Of a stretch of 64,000 nucleotides of DNA, positions 12,451 through 22,211 are shown in pieces (the stretch's first letter is position 1; every line of letters begins with the position of its first letter). The stretch lies in contig CALSCO010000649.1 in NCBI GenBank assembly GCA_943704415.1, forward strand, positions 1-64,000, read 5' to 3'. Position numbers and translations under genes: made by a program. Below the pieces are notes generated by a model, which was not told the DNA's origin, did no database searches, and was given only the letters and a program-made list of their open reading frames with translations. The DNA is from Parvularia atlantis (Eukaryota).

Positions 12451-14358
12451 GCGTACTGCGACGTCAATGGCAGCGAGGGCCCGGCCGTCGGATCGATCGG
12501 CTCGCCAATGCGCGACTCGTTGCTGTACGCTTGCGACCGCGCCATCGGCATGCTCCCCGCGCTGCCGTCCCAGGATGCCTCCTCGCGCTGGCGCGCCTTC
12601 TCGACGTCTTCGCCGATCTTGCGGCCAATCTCGGTCTCCTCGCGGCCGAAGATATCTGTGCGCCGCTTGGCAAACTGCTGCAGGTTGCGGCTGATGTCGG
12701 TCTCGGGTGCGAGGTTGGACTCCTTGTTCTTCTGGATCGACGCCTCGCGCTGCTCCTTCCACTTGGGGTCAATCAGCTGTGTGCGTGCGGTCTCCGTCAG
12801 CATCCGCTCAGCGCGCGCTCCCGCCAAGGGCGCACCTCAACGCGCAGGTGCTGCGACAGCTCCGACGCCGCGACCTCCTGCCCGTGGAACATGAATGTCT
12901 GCTCCTTGGGCTTGAGCTTGTCGATGACGGCCGCGCGCGGCACGTAGTCCTTGCGGATGCGCATCGTCGTCTCGTCGCTCGCGCTCGGCGGCGGCGGCGG
13001 CGTAGGCTCCTTGGCAACGTCCATGTCCATCTCAACCTCCATCGGCTCGTCCTGCGCCGGCGCCGGTGCCTCGGCGCGCTCAGGCGCCGCGAACGCCTGC
13101 TTCTTCTGCACGAGCGTGCGCGCAACGAGCGAGTCCATCGTGATCGGCGGCGGCAGCTCCATCTCGTCGTCCTCGGGCTTGAACTCGATCGCGCCCACGA
13201 TCACAAACTCGTGCCACTCGACCGCCGCGTACGCCGCTGCACGCGCATCCGGCGTGAGCAAGCGGTGCAGGGGCGCAAGTGCACGCACCGCGCTCGGCCT
13301 CGGCGTCGGCGTCGGCCGCCTTGCGCTGCTTCTGGTCGTACGCGGTCCACTCGGCGCGCTGCTTGACGCGGTCGAGCAGCGAGAACTTGTTGTGTACGAC
13401 CGTCTGCAGGCGCTCCTTCACGTCCTTGGGCGGGATGAGCACCTTGGTGTACTGCTCGACGAGCTTGGTGAAGTACGGGAACATGCTGTGTGGTGCGTCA
13501 GCACGAGCACGGGAAGCAAGAGCGGGCGAAGCGCGTGCCTGTGGTTCTGGCGCAGGAAATCAAACTGGTAGTTGCGCGACTCGCGCTGCGATAGGCCCGT
13601 CAGGAACGAGCGCCCGTTCCTGGCCACAAACTGCGCCGTGAGCTTGAGCACGTCGCTGTGTGTGTGCGATCGCTCGCATCGTCAGCACAACGCGCACGTG
13701 CCCGCGGTCAGGCGCGCACAGGTCCTGCTGCGTGATCTGCGGTTGCTCTGCCATGAACTCGAACGGCGGCGGCTCCTTGGGCGGCGCCCTGGGCGGCGCG
13801 GCCGGCTTGGCGGGCTGCTGCGGCTGCTGCGATATGCACGACGGCTAGTGAGCGATGGCGAACTGCAGTGTAGACAGACGCACCCCGTCCTCGCCCTTCT
13901 CGTCCTTGCCGCCTGCACGCGCCACGCGCCCGCCGCACGTGTCACCACACCCGCCGCGGTCAGACGGCCGTGTGGCGCGCGAGCCGGGCGGCGCGCACCG
14001 CGGCCCTCCTGGATCTCCTTGATCTTGTACTGGTAGTAGGCGTGGTACGGGTCGGTCGAGGTCAGGAAGCCGAACTTGGGGTTGCCGCGCTCGTTGTCGC
14101 GGATGCGCTCCTCGAACTTGGTCCCATTGCGCGCCACAAAGGCCGCGGTCTTGTCGACGATGTCTAGCAGCAGCGGCGGCGGCGGCGTTGTTCAGCATCG
14201 CGGCAAAAAGGGGGAGGGCGCGGCAGGCGACGCAAGCGGCACGTACTGCGCACTTCCGGCGGCGGGTAGATCATGCCGATGACGGGCACGCCCGTGCCCA
14301 CGGGCGCGGGCGGCGCGGCCGGCGGCGGCGCGGCGGCGGTCGCTTCGGCCGGCGCCAT
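11514..14358 (-). CDS. SF3A1: Splicing factor 3A subunit 1 (Prp21)
   Basis: IYPPPEVR|NIVDKTAAFVARNG and LKLTAQFVARNGRSFL (two SURP domains), YAAVEWHEFVIV, LIDPKWKEQ, KRRTDIFG, and a C-terminal ubiquitin-like domain ending LRERGGRKK*. Confidence 0.97.
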
Positions 14359-14370
14359 AGAGAAACTGGC

Positions 14371-14468
14371 GCGCTGATTGGCCGGCTCGCCGTGACGTCC
14401 GCGTCCCGTTCAGCCAATCAGTGCGGCCGTGATGTAGCACATTGCCATTGGTCGTGACGTAGACGCAG
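14371..14468. promoter_or_regulatory. CCAAT-box/TGACGT cluster in the divergent promoter between SF3A1 and the ARID gene
   Basis: GCGCTGATTGGCC (14371), GTGACGTC (14392), CAGCCAATCA (14411), ATTGG (14447), GTGACGTAGA (14454). Confidence 0.6.
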
Positions 14469-14502
14469 CAGCAGCCAGTGAACGCACGACCGTTGGGCCA
14501 GA

Positions 14503-16225
14503 ATGTGCGTTCGCTCTCTCGCTCGCGCTCTCGCTCTCTTTCGCCGTGTGCGCCGCTCGTGCTCACGCCCACGGACCGCGCGCAGGGCCGACGAGCGCGC
14601 ACCAGAAGACACGGACGCCGTCGTGGCCGCCGCGGCCGCCGGCGCGTCCGGCGCGGACGACTACGCCGCCGACATGGACCTCTCGTACACGGCCGAGGAC
14701 GAGGCCGCGTTCCTCGAGCAGCTGCACATCGTCTTCGACATGCCCAGGTGCGTGCGGCCGCTGCCACGCTGCTGAGGGCGCGCTGACGCTTTGGCGCCAC
14801 CGCGTATACACTGCACATGCCCGTCAACGCACAGCGTGAGCCCGTACTTTGTCGTCCAGTTCACGCGCGTGCCCTACTTCAAGCTGTACAAGGCAGTGAC
14901 GCTCAACGGCGGCTACGAGCAGGTGGCATGGCGACCGTGCGCCGCGTGCGCATCGATCGGGCTGATCGCGATCGAAAGGTCAAGGCGCGGAGACTCTGGG
15001 GCGTCATCGGCCTGCGCCTGGGCATCCCCGAGACATGCCGGTACATGTCGTCGGCCCTGCGGCAGACGTACGAGAACCACCTGCTCGGGTACGAGAAGCT
15101 GTTCTTCGTCCCGCACAACAAGCCCGTCCTGCGCACGCGCAACAAGCGCAAGGCGCCGCGTGCGTTGCGCCGCGGCCTCGCCTTCTGTGCGCACCTGATC
15201 GCGACCGCGTCCGCGTCCGCGCAGCCGGCATCCTCGCGACACTGCGCAGCCTGCACGACTCGCCGAGCAAGAAGGGCGCAGTCGGCGAGTCGCACTTTGG
15301 CAGCGCGCGCGTCGCCCTCCTCGGCCCGCCACCCGCGCCCGCGCCCGCGCTGCCGCCCGCGCCGCCACCACCGCACCTCATGCACGGCGCGGCGGCGGCG
15401 CGGACGATGCCGCACGATGTCAACTTGATCTCCGAGACGATCATCGGGCCACACGACATGATGCAAGTGGGCGACGTGGTGCGCCGTCCGTGCACTTAAC
15501 GCTGTCGCTGCTGGGCTCATGCGCGCGCCTGCATCGGCAGCACGGCAACACGCAGAGTGTCGACGTCGCGGCCGCGCTCGGGCTCGTGCACACCAACGTC
15601 GGGCTCGAGGGCTACGGCGACGCCGCCGAGCCGTCCGTGCTGACGACGGTCGACCCGAGCGCCGTCGTCAAGCTCACGATCGACGACGTCCCGGCCCTGC
15701 CGGCGTTCGAGGCGATGATGGACTCGATTGCGCGGCAGCCCTCAGTGCACGTGCTCGACCTGTCGCACTGCCACCTCGGCGACGACTTCATCATGTGCGT
15801 CGCGCTGATCCTCCCGCACAACGAGAGCATCCAGCACCTCAACCTTGAAGGTGCGCCGGCGCGTGTGCGCGCTTGTGCTGACGCGGCCGTGTGCGTGACA
15901 CAGACAACCAGCTGACGAGCGCCGGCATCGCCAAGGTCGCGCGGGCGCTGCGCGCCAACCACGTCATCCAGGAGGTTGACCTGTCCGGCAACATGATTGG
16001 CGCGGCCCTGCCACGGCTGATGGAGCTGCTGAGCCAGTCGACGTCGCTGCGCACGCTTGTGCTCAAGCGTGCGCGCGGGTGATTTGCGGGGGCACTGTCG
16101 CACGGCTGACCGGTGCGCGCGCAGAGACTGATCTCGACAACAACGACATTGCCGAGCTGGCCGAGGCCATCCAGACCAACCACAACGTGCGCTACCGCGG
16201 CCAGATATCGCTCATTGTAGACTGA
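14503..16225 (+). CDS. ARID domain plus RNI-like leucine-rich repeat protein
   Basis: FKLYKAVTLNGGYEQ|VKARRLWGVIGLRLG...ALRQTYENHLLGYE (ARID); LDLSHCHLGD, LNLE|DNQLTSAG and VDLSGNMIG (RNI-type LRR). The start codon appears split by an intron. Confidence 0.8.
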
Positions 16226-16347
16226 GAGGGTGTGCTGTGCGCGCTGTGTGCTCTTCGTTTTCCTTTTCTTGCTGCGCGCCACACCGCTCTACGTGGGTTG
16301 CCCCTCTCTCTCTCTCGCTCTCTCTCGCTCTCTCTCTTCCTCGCCGA

Positions 16348-19300
16348 TTACGCCGCGCCCGTCTTGACCTCGGCCTCGGCCTTCTCCCCGCCCTCGTCGT
16401 CCTCGGCCGCGTCGCTCCTGGCCTCGGCAGCGGGCGCGGCGTCGCTCCTGGCCTCGGCAGCGGGCGCGGCGTCGCTCCTGGCCTCGGCAGCGGGCGCGGC
16501 GTCGCTCCTGGGCTCCGCAGGCTTGCCGTTGAGCGCTGCAGACGCCTCCGCGGCCGCTGCAGACGCCTTCTGCGCCTTGAGCGTCGCTGCGTGAGCCGCG
16601 CGCAGCACCTCGAAGCCGCGCTGCACCCGCTGCGCCGCCGCCACACGGCTCAGCAAGAGGCTCCCGTGCGCGACTCGACGGCGCACCTTCTTCGGGCCGA
16701 GCGGCAGCTTGAGCTTGCTGATGAGCGCGTCGCTGTCGGCCTGGCTGAGCGTCTGCAGCGCATCGACGCTCGTGATGCCGCTGGCCGTGAGTGCCTCAGT
16801 GAACGTGCCGGCCTGCTCCGGCGGCACAAATTTCTGCCGCATCGGTGCGGTTAGCGCCGCGCTGCGTTGCGGGCACAGGGCGGCAGCGTGCCTCCACGAA
16901 GCTCTCGATCGACTTGGGCAGATCGTCCGTCAGCTTGTCCACAACCGTCTTGGCCGCGTCGAGGCGCAGCACCTCTTGCGCGGCCGAAAACTCGGGCTCG
17001 ATCGGGTTTTCCGAGTGCTTGGCGAGCATGTGCTGCTCGAGCATAGGCTTGGCGAAGAACGACTGCGCGCTCGCGTGAGACACGCGCGGCGCTGGGTGCG
17101 CTCGTTGCGCACCTGCGAGCACTGCGGGCACGCGAACGACTGCGACATGATTTTCTGCGTGTCCTCGTTGTCGTACTCCTTGGTCCTGTAGCGCAGCTTG
17201 CTGCTCGACCCCGACGAGGGGGCCGGCGCAGCGGTCGAAGGCGACGGCGCGTCGGCCGAGCTGCCCCTGCGCCGCGCACGCCATCAGCACAGGCTGCGCC
17301 GCCGTGCTGCCTGCACGCGCACCCGTCGCCGTGGCTCGCCCTGCTGATCAGCTTGACGTGCGCGACGTCGGGCTGTGCGCACACGTAAGGAGTGACCCCG
17401 CGCACGACCGCGTCGGCGCCGCGCACCATCATGCCCGCGCGATACGGCTTGCTCATGAGCTGTACCTCGACAACGTCGCCGGCCCAGAGCATCTTGTTGT
17501 GGTGGTACTGGCGGCAGGAGCGGTCAGCAGTCGCAGAGCGCGCGCAACGACAAAAAAACACATACCGCGCGCGCGCTGAAGAACGCCTCATTCGCAAAGC
17601 CCTCAATTGCGACGTAGCCGTCGCCGCGCGGCTTGTGCGTGGTCTTGTCGCGCAGGATCGTCTTCACGGTGGCCGGGTACCTGCGCGGGGCGCGCAACAT
17701 GAGCACCGTGCGGAGCAAGCACGCAGAGATGCGCGCACCATTTCTCGGGGTCGTACTCGATGGGCACGCGGCGCGGCTTTGCGGGCTCCTCGCCGACCTT
17801 GAACGCCCTACAGCCGCCGTCAGCGCTACTCAGTGGTGCGCGGCTCACAACGCACTGCGGCGGGCCGTCGACGACCTCGATGTGCGCGGCGTGCTTGGCC
17901 AGGGCCTTGCGCACAAACTCCGCGTCTTCGTACACGTCCGGCGCGGGGCTGATGCTCGCGACCGTCTTGTAGTCGACTGCGCCCGTGCGCGCGTCAGCTG
18001 GCGCGCAGACAGAGCAGCGCCTCGTGGACGCACAGAGGCCGCTCGACAGCACGGCCGGGGTGTGGTGCACGTCGTTAGGGTCCTCGCAGCGCTCGAGCAC
18101 GGCGCGCAGGTCCTTGGTGAACTTCTTCATGCGCTCGTTCGCCTCCTGCTCCGGCCTGTGCGGGTCCGCGCAGCTGTCAGCTGGTGCACGAGGCGCGCAC
18201 ATGCGCGAGACGCACGACGGCGGGATGGTCACCGCGCCCTTGGCTGGCATCTCCGCCCGCACGCCATCCCAGGCCCGCGTCGCGCGCTCGGCGTGCTCTG
18301 GCAGCACGGCGTCGACGAGCCACACGTTCACCTGCGATCGGGCGTGCGTGAGGCACCGCGACGTCACAGCGGGCGCACGCACGTCGGTCTTCCAGAGCGG
18401 GCTGTCGTCGGGCACGCTGCGCGGCTCGTGGCGGCGCTTACTGAGCACGAAGGCGACCGGCATGCCCGGCGCGAGGTCGAGCTTGTAGGTGTTGGTCATC
18501 GTGATCACGAACCAGGCGTACTCGGTCGGGTAGCCGTAGTACGCGAGGTCGGCGCTGCGCAGGAGCGCGAGGTCGCTGCGCAGCTCGGCGATTTGGCCAA
18601 GGTAGACGTCGCGCAGACCCTTGTCAGGCCACCTGTGGTTGTGCAGGCGCGAGTACGCCTACGGACCACGCAGAATCAGCACAGCGCCCGGGCGTGTCAG
18701 TCCCGCGCACCTTGCTGAACGGCACAAAGCGCTCGTCCACCGCGACCGCCTTGCCGTCGCTCTGCTTGCGCTCTGCCGGGCCGCCCTTGTTCGAGGCGTC
18801 CCTTGCAGGCTTGCTCTCGGTCTCGGTCTGCAGCTCGGGCGCGGCGCGCTTGGTCTCGCTCGTGGTCTCAGCCTCGGCAGGCTTGGCGTCTTTGGTGTTG
18901 GCGGGCTTGGCGTCTTTGGTGTTGGCGGGCTTGGCCACAGCGGGCTTAGCCACGGCGGGCTTAGCCACAGCGGGCTTGGGCTCGACAGGCTTGGTGTCGG
19001 CGGGCTTGCTCTCGCTGTCGTCGTCGTCCTCGCCGTCGTCGTCGTCCTCGTCGTCGTCCTCGTCCTCAGCTTCCTTCCCGGCACGCTGTGACGATGCGGC
19101 AGCTGAGCTGGTCGCAGGCTTGCTCTGGCTTTGGGACAGAGACTTGCGCAGCTCCTCGGCGTGCTCTGGCAGCGCCTCAGCCATGAGTGCGATGGACCCC
19201 TGTGCACAAACGTCAGTCATCGTACAGAGAGCAGCGTTGAGGCAAACGCACGTCAGTTTTCCAGCGAGGGTCAGGGTCGCTCTCCGCCTCGCGCGGATAC

Positions 19301-22163
19301 TCGGCCTTCCTGAACAGCACAAACGCCACCACGGAGCCCTCGCCGAGCTTGGCGCGGTAGATGTTGGCATACTCTTGAATTGCCCAGCCGTACGCGGAGC
19401 CCTTCCCGTGCCGCTTGAGGTCTGGGCAGTGCACCAGCATGATTGAGTTGAGCATCTTCACGATCTGCCCGACGTAGACATCGCGGTTGGCCATCTCGCT
19501 GTATCCATTGTGGTGCAGGTAGAGGTACGCCTGCGTATCACCGTCAGTGGCCACCGGGAACCGTCAATGGCGAAGACGTACCTGGTTCATCTTGCCGAAT
19601 GGGCCGTCCGTGACAGTTGGGTGAGGCATCGAGACCCTCGTACGGGCGAGCACCGGCGACTTGACGCCATCCCACTCCCGCCTGGCCCGCCCGACATGCT
19701 GCGGCAGCGCAGGGTTGGCCGCCATGGCGCGCATCTGAGCAGGCGTGTCAGCATACGCCACCGACCAGCGCCAGTTACGCACGTTCGTGTCCCAGCGATG
19801 GTCGCCACGCGGTACTTCACGCGCGAGCTGATGGCGCTTGCAGAGAACAAACGCCACCGGCACGTTTTTGTTGACCTCCACCATACCGGCCGCACAAGCC
19901 AGAAGGGTGGTCCAGGCGTACTCGTACGGCTGGCCGTAGTGAAGCAAATCGGCGCTGCGGATGAGCACGAATTCGCCGTGTCTAGCCACAAAGCAGCCAA
20001 GGTAGACGACAGGTTCAAAGTCGTTCTTGCCCACCGTTTGAAGGCGCGGGTAGGCCTGCGCGTGCAGCATAAGAATGCGCTGCCGATGCAAAGAGCGCAA
20101 GGCACGCACCGCCATCATCTCGATGAAGGGATCGTCAGGGCTCACGGGCACAATCGGGGTGCTCTGCGGCATGCTCGCCAGCACGACGCCGTCCCAGTCG
20201 CGCTTGGCCCACTCGATGTGCTGCGGCAGCGCCTCGTCCAAATAGCCGATCAAGTACTGCGGTCGCACGTTAGCGCAGGCTCGGCAGTAACCGCGCAACA
20301 CACCTCCGACCTCCAGCGCGCATCGCCCGATGTGGACGCCATCCAAGGCATCTCCTGACGTCTGCTGAGGGTGAACGCGACGGCCGTGCCTTCCGCCAGA
20401 GGAGCGCCGAAGGGGTTGCAATTCGATCTGATCGCCCACGTGTACTCGGTCGGGTAGCCGGCACTCCTCAGGTCGGCGCTGCGCACGAGCAGGACCTCGT
20501 CCGCGAAGCTGACGATGACGCCGAGCAGAATTTGGCGCAGGATGCCAAGGGCGTACCCGTGATGGTGCAGCTGCGGGTACGCCTGCGCTGCTAGTGTGAG
20601 CCGCAGGGTCCTAGGCAGCTGTTTTGGCGTGCGCACCACGTTCATGTCGCCGAACGGGCCAGAGGTCTCCGTGGTGCGATGCGGCAGCACGCGGGAGCGC
20701 GGCGGGATCACGGACTTGGTGCCATCCCACTGGCGGCGCGCACGCTCCACGTGCTGCGGCTTGACGCGGTCGCACGACCAGATGGTGAGCTGCGCGTCAT
20801 CAGAGGTCAGCATCACTCCGTCAGCGGCCCACATTAGACGCACGTTCGTGTGCCAGCGCTTGTCGCTCACAGTGGCAATGTCGCGCGTGAGCCGGCGCCG
20901 CTTGCACAGGTTGAACGCAATCGGCGTGTTCTCGTCTGGAGCGATGCCTCGGCTATCCAGGAACTCCGTCGCGATCCAGCCGTACTCGTAGTGCTGACCG
21001 TAGAACAGAAGATCGGCGCTGCGAACGAGTGTACAGTTGCCGTGCTGCGCGACGATGTAGCCGAGATAGACGCCGTACTCGCTCTCGGACGCATGGGCGC
21101 TGAGCACATAGGGGTAGGCCTGAGCGCGCGCGCAATGAGACGGTCGCCGCCACGGCTGCGCACACGCCGACGCACCGCGTTGATCTCCCGGAACGGGTCG
21201 CCGGGCCCGGGCGCGATCTCGGTGGCGCGCGGCGGGGCGGGAACGGGCGGCGGCCGCGCGGGCATGACGCGAGGCGCCGTGACCGCAGCAGCGGCATCAA
21301 GGGCGGCGGCACCCGATCGACCCGCTTCACTGGCAGCGACGGCGGCAGCCGCCTGGGCCACGCGCGAGCGCGCGTCTTGCTGACGGGGCGGCATGGCCGT
21401 GGACGGCTTTGGAGCCGCGACGGCGCTCGATCGAGCAGACTCGGTGGCAGCGACGGCAGCGGCGGCTTGGGCCACGCGCGAGCGGGCGTCTTGTTGTGGG
21501 CGCGCAGCGGTCGAGCTTGCGGCCGCAGCAAGCGGCGGACGTGCTGACGCGGTCGCTGCGGCGGGCGTCGGTGGACGCGCCGAGGGCGTGACAGCGTGCG
21601 CCTGCGGGCGCGCCGAGGTGCCGGTCGCGGCAGCAGGAGGCCGCACTGACGTGGTGGTCGCGGTCGCGGGCGCAGCGGGCCGCGCAGACGGCACCGCAGT
21701 GGCGGGCGGGCGCACACCCGCGGCCGACTTGGTCGCGGCAGCTGCGGCCGCGCCGTACGGCGTGCGGCGCCTGACGGCGCTGTGCGGCGAGCGGATGGCG
21801 CCTCTCAGCCACCTGGCGCCACACGTCGCGTCGCGCACGCACCCGTCGACGACCTCGAGCTGCGTCGAGAAGCTTTGCACAGCTTGGAGCAGCACGTCGG
21901 CCATGTCGTCGCCGCTGACGCCGGCCAGGTCGGCCTCGAGCACGGGGATGAAGACGGTCACGGGCACTTTTTGGCGCCAAGATTCGTGTGAGCCGAAAGA
22001 CGACGCCGCGGCGCCCGCTCACGCGGCCACCACGCACCCGCCCCGCCCGGCGCGCGCTGCACGATGCCGCGCCACGTCGAGCTCGTGCCGAGATGCGCGT
22101 CCGACAGCAGCGTCTCGACGCAGCCGCACGGCGCGCGCCACCGCCGGGTCGTCGCCCAGCATG
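16348..22163 (-). CDS. Large multi-exon protein: five tandem copies of an unrecognised domain, then CSD/OB-like, C2H2 zinc finger and SAM-like domains
   Basis: Five copies of AY..L...V(Y)LG.I...L(V/I)RSADL..YG...EY.W...VAF.L..R...D.RW.T|...P.H..RA.R.WDG; FACPQCSQ|SFFAKPMLEQHMLAKH; FTEALTASGITSVDALQTLS...LKLPLGPKK. TAA at 16348. The 5' exon and start (~21967-22163) are uncertain. Confidence 0.75.
16409..16511 (-). repeat. Coding 30-bp tandem repeat (RSDAAPAAEA) x3.4
   Basis: GTCGCTCCTGGCCTCGGCAGCGGGCGCGGC occurs three times exactly from 16411. Confidence 0.95.
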
Positions 22164-22211
22164 GCCGCGGCGTCGAGACTCGATAGTGTGACGCACGGCC
22201 ATTGCAAGCGG

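Noticed and set aside
16409..16511. 30-bp direct repeats (also the 18-bp repeats at 4358-4450) resembling a CRISPR array
   Set aside because: No spacers, length is a multiple of three, they lie inside coding exons, and there are no cas genes.
21393..22211. Apparent 273-aa N-terminal extension fused to the RlmM-like ORF
   Set aside because: It is the antisense of the Ala/Pro-rich exon of the repeat gene; ATG 22212 is the more plausible start.
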